Origin: Candidatus Pacearchaeota archaeon UBA284
GTDB taxonomy: Archaea > Nanobdellota > Nanobdellia > Pacearchaeales > UBA284
Direction of reading: 5' to 3'
Assembly (NCBI GenBank): GCA_002499185.1
Contig: DAKN01000102.1
Span: forward strand, 15,060-60,007
DNA: 44,948 bases
Position 1 is the first letter of the stretch. Each line of letters starts with the position of its first letter. This document shows, one piece after another, positions 1-8,021 of the stretch. The notes beneath the pieces are model-generated. The model did no database searches, was not told the origin of the DNA, and worked only from the letters and a program-made list of their open reading frames with translations. Made by a program: the position numbers and the translations under genes.

Positions 1-52
1 AAATATGCCTATTTTGATCCATGTTGGCTTGAAAAATTCAGATAATTTCATT

Positions 53-382
53 TTATTTTAGTTCCTTTTTTGATAATTTAGATGCGATTATTATCCCTAT
101 TACTGCTATAAATGTTATTATTATGGCTGTTATAGATTTGTATAGTATGGTCATTTTTACCAACTCTGTGGCTGTTAAATTAAGATTTTCTATTATTCTA
201 TTGACTGTTTCTTTTATAACATCTTGCCAAGCCAAGGCAATTACTAGTGCAAATGCAGTAATTATTGCAGTTATGGTTTTATTCCTTACTTCCGTGTCTA
301 AAATTAATGCTGCTTTTCTTGCTTTTTCGAGGGCTTTTTTATGGGTTTTTTGATGTTCTTTTTGATTTTCTTCAATTTCCAT
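53..382 (-). CDS. hypothetical small membrane protein (DUF5654-like pattern)
   Basis: 109-aa ORF. Lys/Glu-rich N-terminus, then the hydrophobic helix ITAIITAFALVIALAWQDVIKE (an ALAW-x-x-x-IK pattern recalled from DUF5654-type proteins) and a C-terminal TM segment ITAIIITFIAVIGIIIA. Confidence 0.45.
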   Translation of the reverse strand: MEIEENQKEHQKTHKKALEKARKAALILDTEVRNKTITAIITAFALVIALAWQDVIKETVNRIIENLNLTATELVKMTILYKSITAIIITFIAVIGIIIASKLSKKELK

Positions 383-434
383 TTTTTCTAAAAGTTCGTT
401 TTAGTTTTAAAGATTCTTAGTTAATTTTTTAGAA

Positions 435-656
435 TTATTTTGAAAACCAGACGTTTAGATGACCTAACATAAATAAAATAATCCCGCCACCAATTGCTAT
501 GATGTCGTGCATCCAAAGGCCATAAACAACAGAAAGTGCTCCCAAAATATGTGAGGTAAAAGATACTGGATTTGCATGTGCTAAAGCAAACTTTTCTAAA
601 AAAGTTGGTTTTTTTCCTTGCTTATATGCTTTAATTTTTTTATGAACCCACTTCAT
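435..656 (-). CDS. hypothetical small membrane protein (2 TM)
   Basis: 73-aa ORF with two hydrophobic segments (FTSHILGALSVVYGLW, IIAIGGGIILFMLGHL). No catalytic motif seen. Confidence 0.4.
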   Translation of the reverse strand: MKWVHKKIKAYKQGKKPTFLEKFALAHANPVSFTSHILGALSVVYGLWMHDIIAIGGGIILFMLGHLNVWFSK

Positions 657-875
657 TTTTCACCTCTTATTAATTAAATTTATTAAAGTTTTTAATTTTA
701 TAAGTCTTTTGTTTTTTATTATATTGTATAAAGTAGAAAAAAATTGCTTGATTTTGGGTTTTTCGGGTATAAAAAACTATTAAAATCTTATCGACGATAA
801 AAGAGGGTGTTTAGTGTTTAAACACCCCTATTACCCGTTCAAACAGCTGTTTAAAATGAATAAAAAATAGAAATG

Positions 876-885
876 TTTATAAATA
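876..885 (+). promoter_or_regulatory. TATA-box-like element for the 904 gene (leaderless-type spacing)
   Basis: TTTATAAATA is centred about 24 nt upstream of the ATG at 904. No Shine-Dalgarno sequence lies between them. Confidence 0.35.
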
Positions 886-903
886 TTTAATCTATCTTTT
901 TTT

Positions 904-1527
904 ATGGGATTTTGGTCATTCTTACTCGGAAAAAAAGAAGAAAACCCTGTATCTAAACAGGATGTAAAGATATCTTTTGAGTCTGTAAAACAAGATGTAA
1001 AAAAAATTGGTCGTTGGATACAACATTTGAATATTACTGATAAAAAACAAGAAGATGATCTAATTAAGATTTTTGATAGGTTGGATGAAATTGAGCAAAA
1101 TATCAACGAGATAAAATCGTTTGTTTCTTTCTTTGATAGTCGTATATCTAAACAGGTGTTTAAACACAGGCAAACAGCTGTTGGTAAACAGACACGTGTT
1201 GATGGTGTTCAAACAGCTGTCCAAACAGCTGTCCAAACAGCCTTTTTAAAACATTTAAGTGTTATGGAAAGAGCAATTGTTTGGGTTTTAGCAAATGCAG
1301 ATCTTGAAATGAAATTAAGCTGTCAAGATATCGCGGTAATTTTGGGAAAAGAAAAATCAACAATTAGGGGACAAATAAATAATATTAAACAAAAAAGCGA
1401 AGATCTTGTAAATGAAACAATTGATAAAGAAGGTAAGAAAAGATATTGGATTGGGGATGATATTAGGGAAATGATTTTTGCAGCTGCTAGAAAAAGCCTT
1501 AAGGAATCAAAAAAAGAAAAAAGTTAA
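904..1527 (+). CDS. coiled-coil protein with C-terminal helix-turn-helix domain (putative DNA-binding regulator); paralog of 2020..2757
   Basis: 207 aa. N-terminal heptad-like region (DDLIKIFDRLDEIEQNINEIKSF). Low-complexity linker VQTAVQTAVQTA encoded by a 12-nt tandem repeat. The C-terminus LSVMERAIVWVLANADLEMKLSCQDIAVILGKEKSTIRGQINNIKQK has an HTH-like pattern (LuxR/sigma-r4 or wHTH-like). Confidence 0.6.
   Translation: MGFWSFLLGKKEENPVSKQDVKISFESVKQDVKKIGRWIQHLNITDKKQEDDLIKIFDRLDEIEQNINEIKSFVSFFDSRISKQVFKHRQTAVGKQTRVDGVQTAVQTAVQTAFLKHLSVMERAIVWVLANADLEMKLSCQDIAVILGKEKSTIRGQINNIKQKSEDLVNETIDKEGKKRYWIGDDIREMIFAAARKSLKESKKEKS
1210..1241 (+). repeat. 12-nt tandem repeat CAAACAGCTGTC x2.7 (in frame, encodes VQTA repeats)
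   Basis: Read directly. Copies at 1210-1221 and 1222-1233, partial copy at 1234-1241. A related copy CAAACAGCTGTT lies at 1171-1182 and another upstream of the gene at 840-851. Confidence 0.9.
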
Positions 1528-2019
1528 ACAAAAATAAGAAAAAAGAACAAAAACCGGTAAAAGAGAGCATTAAAACGAACTTTTGGGGTTAAAAACTGTA
1601 AAAGTGAGAGTTAGAAAATATGAAAAATGGTGAAAAAGATGCATTATTTGAGAAAAAATAAGAGAAATATACTCAAAAGTGAGGATTGCGAGATATATTA
1701 AAAAAATCATAAAAAACTAATAAAAAAGGAGTAAAAGGGTTAATTTGATCGGGTAAAAGTGAGACATTTCGACGAATACTCCAAAAATTTGAAGTTGTCA
1801 TTTTTTGGCAAAAAAACACCGACGAGAAATAAATTATTATTAGTTTGGATGGTTAAAAAAAGTGAAATGAATTAAAATACGGGAAAATCGGAGAAAAAAC
1901 ACGGTTTTTGTATGGTACTTGTAGTTATTCGTTAAGCCGAATAACCTCTTAAATTTACTTATGTATTCTTAATTTATTTTAGTTTTTCTTTAATTTTTCC
2001 GACGAGAAACTTTTTTTGA

Positions 2020-2757
2020 TTAAATTTGTTTAGAATTTATTTTAGACAAGATCTCTAATGTGGCTATATTTTTCAGTTCAGGAGATATTCTTAATAAAAC
2101 TGTTTTATTATTAATTTTATCTTTTATTATGGGTATTCCTTTATGAATCAGCCTCGCTATATAGTCTCTAATAGAGCTTTCGGTTAATCTTGTAAAAATT
2201 GATAAATCCTTATAACTTATTTCTTTGCTTTGCTCTTCTAGAGAATATAGTGCTGAAAATATGATAAATTCTTGTTTACTTAAATTCCTGAATTTTTCTT
2301 TTAAATCTTGTTTCATATTCTCTATAAGACTAGATAATTTGGATAATTCATCATTGCTTTTTTTATCTGAGTTTCTTTCTTTTTCAATATCTTCTTTTAA
2401 TTCATTTATTGTGTTTCTTGTTAATATTAGCGGCTTTTCCTCAAATTCTTTTATTTCATCAAAAGTTCGTTTTAATTCTTGTTGTTGTCTGCTGACTGTC
2501 TGCTGACTGTCTGCTGGAACCCCTCCATTTCCTTTGGAAAGGTTGAAATAAGGCTTATTTCGTGTATAAACTTGAGAATTTGTGCTGGATGTGTGCTGAA
2601 TTTGCTGAACATCTGTTGACTTTCTGTCTTGTTTTAATTTTCTTATTTCTTCTTTTATTTCTTTAATTTCTTCTATTAAAACAATTATTTGTTGTGATAA
2701 AAAAAGCATATTTTCTTTTATTTTTGCAAAAGATTCCCTTATCCCCTTTTCATTCAT
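2020..2757 (-). CDS. coiled-coil protein with C-terminal winged-helix/HTH domain; paralog of 904..1527
   Basis: 245 aa. N-terminal IRESFAKIKENMLFLSQQIIVLIEEIKEIKEEIRKLK (coiled coil). Q/S/T-rich linker containing an 11-nt tandem repeat. C-terminus LSKQEFIIFSALYSLEEQSKEISYKDLSIFTRLTESSIRDYIARLIHKGIPII is wHTH-like. The architecture matches the 904 gene. Confidence 0.6.
   Translation of the reverse strand: MNEKGIRESFAKIKENMLFLSQQIIVLIEEIKEIKEEIRKLKQDRKSTDVQQIQHTSSTNSQVYTRNKPYFNLSKGNGGVPADSQQTVSRQQQELKRTFDEIKEFEEKPLILTRNTINELKEDIEKERNSDKKSNDELSKLSSLIENMKQDLKEKFRNLSKQEFIIFSALYSLEEQSKEISYKDLSIFTRLTESSIRDYIARLIHKGIPIIKDKINNKTVLLRISPELKNIATLEILSKINSKQI
2487..2516 (-). repeat. 11-nt tandem repeat (plus strand GTCTGCTGACT x2.7) inside the CDS linker
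   Basis: Read directly. Copies at 2487-2497 and 2498-2508, partial copy at 2509-2516. The unit length is not a multiple of 3, so successive units are read in different frames (PADSQQTVSRQQQ). Confidence 0.9.
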
Positions 2758-2776
2758 TTTAATTAATTTTTTAGAT

Positions 2777-3127
2777 TTATTTATCTAATCTTCTTCCTTC
2801 AAAATGTTCTCCGAGATTTTTTAGTGGAGAGCTCATTAATTGTGTTTTTTGATCATTAATCTTTTTATATAAATTATAAACTTTTGAATCCATAGTCCAT
2901 CTTTGTCTTCTATTATATTTTATGCCTTTTGGGTTTTTGTCTATACAGGAAACTACTTCTTTCAGCTCTAGTTCCTGTAAAAGCTTCTTTACATATTCCT
3001 CATCTCTTGCAAGTTCTTGTGCAATGGTAGCCGTAAAAACAGCTATGGGGGAATTATGAAATAGGTAGTTTAATATTTCCTCTTTAATTTTCTCCTCTTT
3101 TATGCTCGAAATCTTTGGCATATTCAT
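2777..3127 (-). CDS. small winged-helix DNA-binding protein (putative transcriptional regulator)
   Basis: The ORF extends to 3187. The internal start MNMPKISS at 3127 leaves an 81-bp divergent promoter region with TATA-like TTTATAAATATT about 25 nt upstream. The pattern EEILNYLFHNSPIAVFTATIAQELARDEEYVKKLLQELELKEVV is wHTH-like. Confidence 0.5.
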   Translation of the reverse strand: MNMPKISSIKEEKIKEEILNYLFHNSPIAVFTATIAQELARDEEYVKKLLQELELKEVVSCIDKNPKGIKYNRRQRWTMDSKVYNLYKKINDQKTQLMSSPLKNLGEHFEGRRLDK

Positions 3128-3208
3128 TCCAAAAAAACCTAATTTATAAATATTGTTGTTCGGTAAAGCGATTAATTTAAAAATCAATTTAGATTACCGT
3201 ATATAACA

Positions 3209-4102
3209 ATGATTACAAAAAAGAGGGTTGGTGGTAGTTTTCTCTCGGTATTTTTGGCTGGTTATTTCTTTTTTAGTCCGTTTAAGCTTTCTGCACAAGA
3301 TTATTCCCCCTATCATTCAATAAAACCAAATAATCCTGATAAATTTGACAAGCCCATTGAAGATACCTTAAGGTTAAATCAAAGATTAGAAATTCTTTGT
3401 CAAGATCTTTACTCTACAGATTCGGATTTTAATAGGTATTTTGATAAAACCCAATATGTTCCCTTAAAGATTAATGAAGATGAATATATTAGGGTGCATA
3501 CAAAAGTAGACTATAATAAAAAAAATGTGCGGGTTCTTGTGGGTATTGATGAAAGAAATATTAGAGAAAACTTGCAAATTGATGATGTTTATCTTTGGCT
3601 TGTTTCGACAACAAAAGAAAATGCTTCTTCACAAAAGTGCCTCATTTTAGATAGAAATAGAAAGACTGTTGAGATCTCTCCAATTGGGGAGGAGGTTTGT
3701 AAAGGAGAATATTGTGAAAATTTGTTTTCTGCTGGAGATCGGATGATTTTTTATGTTTCTAAAAAACTGGGTTTTACCCGGCAGGAAGATATTACCCTGA
3801 TTTTGCGTAGTTTAGATTTTCGGGTTGCGACAAGGGCAAGAAGTGAAGCATATGCTATAGAATTACAAAACATAACTAAGGGAAGAACATATCTATCACA
3901 TATAAAAAATAAAAATCCGCCAATAAGTATGATGACAAATCGAGAATATAAGGCTTATGAAATCATAATAAACATTGCTGGAAGTGAACCCTATGGTTTA
4001 GTTATTTTAAGCTATGCTTCAAAAATAAAAGGCATTGCAGGTTATCAGACCAATCCGTGTTTAAATGTGATTCATTTTAATTTTAATTTACAAAACAAGT
4101 AA
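3209..4102 (+). CDS. hypothetical secreted protein (N-terminal signal peptide)
   Basis: 297 aa. The N-terminus KKRVGGSFLSVFLAGYFFFSPFKLSAQD looks like a signal peptide. Several Cys residues. No recognisable domain. Confidence 0.5.
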   Translation: MITKKRVGGSFLSVFLAGYFFFSPFKLSAQDYSPYHSIKPNNPDKFDKPIEDTLRLNQRLEILCQDLYSTDSDFNRYFDKTQYVPLKINEDEYIRVHTKVDYNKKNVRVLVGIDERNIRENLQIDDVYLWLVSTTKENASSQKCLILDRNRKTVEISPIGEEVCKGEYCENLFSAGDRMIFYVSKKLGFTRQEDITLILRSLDFRVATRARSEAYAIELQNITKGRTYLSHIKNKNPPISMMTNREYKAYEIIINIAGSEPYGLVILSYASKIKGIAGYQTNPCLNVIHFNFNLQNK

Positions 4103-4141
4103 AGAAAAAGGATTTAAAGCGTTTAAAGTTCTTATTTTGCT

Positions 4142-6820
4142 ATGATTAAGAAAGCTAGCTTAGCGGATGATAATGAAATTGATTTAGCTTTAGATCCATT
4201 AGTTAGGGAATGGTTTTATGGCAAATTTAAAGAATATTCCATTTCACAAAAATATGGTGTTTTAAATATCATTGTTAAAAATAATATTTTAATCAGTGCT
4301 CCAACTGGTGGAACAAAAACACTTACTGCTTTTTTGGGGATATTGAGCTATTTAGTTTCGTTAGCAAAACAAAAAAAACTTGAAGATAAAACTTATTGCG
4401 TATATATTTCTCCATTAAAAGCATTAAATAACGATATTGGCCATAATTTAAACGAACCACTAAAAGAAATTTTTGAATTAGCTGATAAAAAAGGAATAAG
4501 CCTCCAGGAAATAAGGGTAAATGTTAGGACAGGAGACACGAGTATTGCAGAAAGAAATAAAATGACGAGAAAGACACCACACATTTTAATAACCACCCCA
4601 GAAAGTCTTTCAATTATTTTAACAACAAAAAAATTTGTAGAAAATCTATATGGTATCGAATATGTAATAATTGATGAGATTCATGCTCTTGCGCCAAATA
4701 AACGGGGAGTTCATTTATCTCTATCTTTGGAGAGATTAGAAAATATTGCCTTAAAATCTCCTGTAAGAATCGGTTTAAGCGCAACAATTGCTCCATTAGA
4801 TGAAATTGCTAGATTTTTGGTTGGATTAAGAAAAGAAAATCGAGGGAAGTTGATTAATTTTATTGAAAGAGATTGCTTAATAGCAGACATACAATATTTA
4901 AAAAAAATGGATATTCGGGTAGTTTGTCCTTTGCCAGATTTGATTAATACGACTTCTATTGAAATGCAAAATTCACTTTATAATTTAATAGATTCTCTTG
5001 TTCAAGAACATAAAACCACTATTATATTCACTAATACTAGAAGTGCTACTGAACGAGTAATAAATAATTTAAAGGATTTTTTTCCAAAAAACTATGAAAA
5101 ACTTGAAGAAAATATTGGGGCCCATCATTCTAGCCTAGGAAAGGATCTTCGTTTTTCCATAGAACAAAGATTGCGTGAAGGTAAATTAAAGGCTGTTGTG
5201 ACCTCAACTTCGCTTGAATTGGGCATAGATATTGGTTATGTTGATCTTGTTGTGCTTCTTAGCTCTCCAAAATCGGTTTCAAGGGCATTGCAAAGGATTG
5301 GAAGAGCGGGGCACAAATTGCATGATATAAGCAAGGGTAGAATTGTTGCTTTGGATCAAGATGATTTAATAGAGTGTGGGGTTTTATTAAAAGAAAGCTT
5401 AGAAAAACATGTAGATAAAATAAGAATTCCGACAAATTGTTTAGATGTTTTAAGCCAACATATTTTTGGCGAGGCAATTCAAAAAATTTGGGATGTTAAT
5501 GATCTTTATTATCTATTTAAACAGAGTTATTGTTATAATCACTTGTCTATAGAAGATTTTTATTCTGTTCTTTCTTATTTGTCTGGAGAATATTCTTCTT
5601 TAAAAAGTAAAAATGTTTATGCAAAAATTTGGTATGATGAACAAACAAAAAAAGTTGGGAAAAAGGGCAAGCTTGCAAGAGTATTATATATGACAAATAT
5701 TGGAACAATCCCTGATGAAAGTTTTTCAACCGTGGTTATTTCAAGCCCACATTCCAGAAAGGATGAAATTGTTGGAAAAATTGATGAATCTTTTTTAGAA
5801 AGATTAAAACGGGGTGATGTTTTTGTGCTTGGTGGCGGTAAGTATGAATTTCTTTATAGCAGAGGAATGAAAACCTATGTAAATGCCTCTGTTGCAAAAC
5901 CCCCGACAATTCCTTCTTGGAGCTCTGAAACCCTTCCTTTAAGTTTTGATCTTGCTTTGGCTATTCAAAAATTTAGAAAAATGATGGAGGGTTTTTTTAA
6001 GTCAGGAAAAAAAGAGGAAGAAATCAAATCTTTTATTGAAAAATATCTTTTTGTTGATTTTAATTCTATAAATTCTATTTATGCTTATTTTTATGAACAA
6101 TATCATTTTGCAAAAATACCCCATGAATCACAAATTATAATTGAAAAATATAAAGAAAAAGAAGGAAAAAATTATTTTATTGTGCATTCACTTTATGGAA
6201 GGCGGGTAAATGAAGCATTGAGCCGGGCTCTCGCATATGTTGTTGGGAGAGGAATAAAAAAAGATATTGAAATTGGGTTAAATGATAATGGTTTTTTTCT
6301 GGCAAGTAATCAATCTTTACAGATCGAAAAAGCCCTTAAATTACTGGGCGAAAATCCGGAAAAACTTAAAAATGTTTTAATAGAGTCTATAGAAAAAACA
6401 GAATATTTTAAAAGAAGATTTAGGCACTGTGCTGTTCGTAGTTTGATGATATTGAAAAATTATAAAGGGAAAACAAAAAGTGCTGGAAAACAACAAGTCA
6501 GTTCAGATTTTTTATTAGCTAATGTTCGAAAAGTAAGCGAAGATTTTCCAATATTGAAGGAAACAAGAAGAGAGATTCTTGAAGAATCTATGGAAATTGA
6601 AAATGCAATAAAAATTCTTGTTGGAATTAAAGAAGAAAAAATTAAAATAATCTCTTTTAATGTTGATTTACCTAGTCCTTTTTCACTTAATCTAATAACG
6701 CAAGGATACGTTGATTTAATGAAAATGGAAAATCGGGTGGAATTTTTAAAAAGAATGCATGAAAAAATAAAAAACAAGATAATAGAGGAAAAATCAAATG
6801 GAAATTTTAAAAGGAATTGA
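4142..6820 (+). CDS. lhr: Lhr-family ATP-dependent DEAH-box helicase (Lhr-core type)
   Basis: 892 aa. Walker A APTGGTKT, DEIH box, SAT, TSTSLELGIDIG, QRIGRAGH. The long C-terminal region is typical of the Lhr core (WH plus domain 4). Confidence 0.88.
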   Translation: MIKKASLADDNEIDLALDPLVREWFYGKFKEYSISQKYGVLNIIVKNNILISAPTGGTKTLTAFLGILSYLVSLAKQKKLEDKTYCVYISPLKALNNDIGHNLNEPLKEIFELADKKGISLQEIRVNVRTGDTSIAERNKMTRKTPHILITTPESLSIILTTKKFVENLYGIEYVIIDEIHALAPNKRGVHLSLSLERLENIALKSPVRIGLSATIAPLDEIARFLVGLRKENRGKLINFIERDCLIADIQYLKKMDIRVVCPLPDLINTTSIEMQNSLYNLIDSLVQEHKTTIIFTNTRSATERVINNLKDFFPKNYEKLEENIGAHHSSLGKDLRFSIEQRLREGKLKAVVTSTSLELGIDIGYVDLVVLLSSPKSVSRALQRIGRAGHKLHDISKGRIVALDQDDLIECGVLLKESLEKHVDKIRIPTNCLDVLSQHIFGEAIQKIWDVNDLYYLFKQSYCYNHLSIEDFYSVLSYLSGEYSSLKSKNVYAKIWYDEQTKKVGKKGKLARVLYMTNIGTIPDESFSTVVISSPHSRKDEIVGKIDESFLERLKRGDVFVLGGGKYEFLYSRGMKTYVNASVAKPPTIPSWSSETLPLSFDLALAIQKFRKMMEGFFKSGKKEEEIKSFIEKYLFVDFNSINSIYAYFYEQYHFAKIPHESQIIIEKYKEKEGKNYFIVHSLYGRRVNEALSRALAYVVGRGIKKDIEIGLNDNGFFLASNQSLQIEKALKLLGENPEKLKNVLIESIEKTEYFKRRFRHCAVRSLMILKNYKGKTKSAGKQQVSSDFLLANVRKVSEDFPILKETRREILEESMEIENAIKILVGIKEEKIKIISFNVDLPSPFSLNLITQGYVDLMKMENRVEFLKRMHEKIKNKIIEEKSNGNFKRN

Positions 6821-7511
6821 AATAAAAAATAAGGCTCTGTGGTTAAAAAAAGAAAGAATCCTTGTAATTGGGGATTTGCATTTGGGTTATGAGCAATCCC
6901 TTAATGAGCAAGGGATTTTAATCCCACGAAAAAATTTCGATGAGATTTTTATAGAAATTAAGAATCTTTTAAAATTAAAACCTAAAAAAATTATAATTCT
7001 CGGAGATTTGAAACACGAGTTTGGGAACATACTAAAACAAGAAGGAGAAGATGTTATTAAATTGGTAAAAAAATTAAGTAAATGTTCAGATCTTTTAGTT
7101 ATAAGGGGAAATCATGATGGAGTTCTTTTTCCTTTGTTAAAAAAAGAAAATGTTTCTCTTTTAGATGAATATTTTTTCAAAGATTTTTGTTTCTTGCATG
7201 GGCATAAAATTCCCGAATCGTTGGATTTTAAAAAATCTAAAATTATAATCATCGGACACGAACATCCAGCCATTGAATTGGGTGATGGAATTAAAAAAGA
7301 AAAATACAAATGTTTCTTGCTCGGGAGATTTAAAAATAAAAAATTGGTTGTTTTGCCTAGTTTTTTTCCAATTCTTGGAGTAAATATATTAAAGGAAAAA
7401 CCCCTTAGTCCTTTTTTAAAAAAAGATTTGGGAAATTTTAGCATTTTTGTAATTTATAAAAAACCGTATTTTTTTGGTAAACTTAAAAATATAAGAAAAT
7501 TAACAAATTAA
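6798..7511 (+). CDS. metallophosphoesterase (Lhr-associated MPE / SbcD-like phosphoesterase)
   Basis: Calcineurin-like motifs GDLHLG, GDLKHEF, RGNHD, LHGH and GHEHP. The start overlaps the lhr stop by 23 nt, which suggests translational coupling. Confidence 0.8.
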   Translation: MEILKGIEIKNKALWLKKERILVIGDLHLGYEQSLNEQGILIPRKNFDEIFIEIKNLLKLKPKKIIILGDLKHEFGNILKQEGEDVIKLVKKLSKCSDLLVIRGNHDGVLFPLLKKENVSLLDEYFFKDFCFLHGHKIPESLDFKKSKIIIIGHEHPAIELGDGIKKEKYKCFLLGRFKNKKLVVLPSFFPILGVNILKEKPLSPFLKKDLGNFSIFVIYKKPYFFGKLKNIRKLTN

Positions 7512-7563
7512 ATAGGTACTAAAAAAACAAAAAATTTAAATTATAAGAAATCTATTTAAAAAC

Positions 7564-7872
7564 ATGGCACAAATAAGAAAAGTTGGTTTATTGAATCTAA
7601 ATGATTCTTTTTCATTTCTCCAATTAAAAGAAAAAATAGATTCTTTTTTAAAAAGATTAAAAAAAGAGGGTTTTGATACAAATCTCGTTCATTTGGCCAC
7701 GTCCCGTCCCTTTACGATGACTAAATATCTTATGGAAACTAAGGATTTAATAAATTTGGTAGAAGATGCAATTAATAATTATGCTAGGCAAGACCAATAT
7801 GTTCTAAAGGCACTTAATGATGATATTTCTTCGCTTCGCTCGATTAAAACAAAACTAGAAAAACCTTTTTAA
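7564..7872 (+). CDS. hypothetical protein
   Basis: 102-aa ORF in a compact coding context. No motif recognised. Confidence 0.4.
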   Translation: MAQIRKVGLLNLNDSFSFLQLKEKIDSFLKRLKKEGFDTNLVHLATSRPFTMTKYLMETKDLINLVEDAINNYARQDQYVLKALNDDISSLRSIKTKLEKPF

Positions 7873-7900
7873 TGGGTTAATTATTTATCTTTAATGGCTT

Positions 7901-8009
7901 GCCGGCGTGCCGGAACGGTAAACGGGCTCGTCTCGAAAGAAATCAGATGTTTAAATAATCAAGAGAACGAGTGTCTAACGACATCTAGGTTCAAATCCTG
8001 GCGCCGGCG
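7901..8009 (+). tRNA. tRNA-Ser(CGA) with a 28-nt intron at the canonical 37/38 position
   Basis: Hand-folded. Acceptor GCCGGCG/CGCCGGC, discriminator G. 3-bp D stem. Anticodon stem CTCGT/ACGAG, loop CT-CGA-AA interrupted by the intron at 7938-7965. Long variable arm TGTCTAACGACAT. T arm CTAGG-TTCAAAT-CCTGG. No encoded CCA. Confidence 0.8.
7938..7965 (+). other. tRNA intron (canonical position, boundaries +/-1 nt)
   Basis: This sequence lies between anticodon-loop A37 and the 3' strand of the anticodon stem. Removing it restores a 7-nt loop. Confidence 0.7.
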
Positions 8010-8021
8010 TAAATTTTAAAA

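Noticed and set aside
1-51. 17-codon start of a minus-strand ORF (MKLSEFFKPTWIKIGIF...) beginning 2 nt after the stop of the 53..382 gene and running off the left edge.
   Set aside because: It is plausibly the 5' end of a real gene, but too little sequence is in the window to support a call.
815-822. Rare-cutter restriction sites inside the unusual palindromes: PmeI GTTTAAAC at 815-822 and 1158-1165, and AscI GGCGCGCC at 34579-34586. Considered as a hint of an engineered or cloning-derived sequence.
   Set aside because: GTTTAAAC is expected by chance in AT-rich DNA. The surrounding context is native-looking (tRNA, coding linker), and there are no vector-like features. A natural origin is more parsimonious.
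1528-2019. Possible CRISPR array or degenerate repeat-spacer structure, considered because of the reiterated GTAAAAGTGAG motif.
   Set aside because: The repeats are only about 11-13 nt, imperfect and irregularly spaced (23-80 bp), and no cas genes are present. This is not CRISPR-like.
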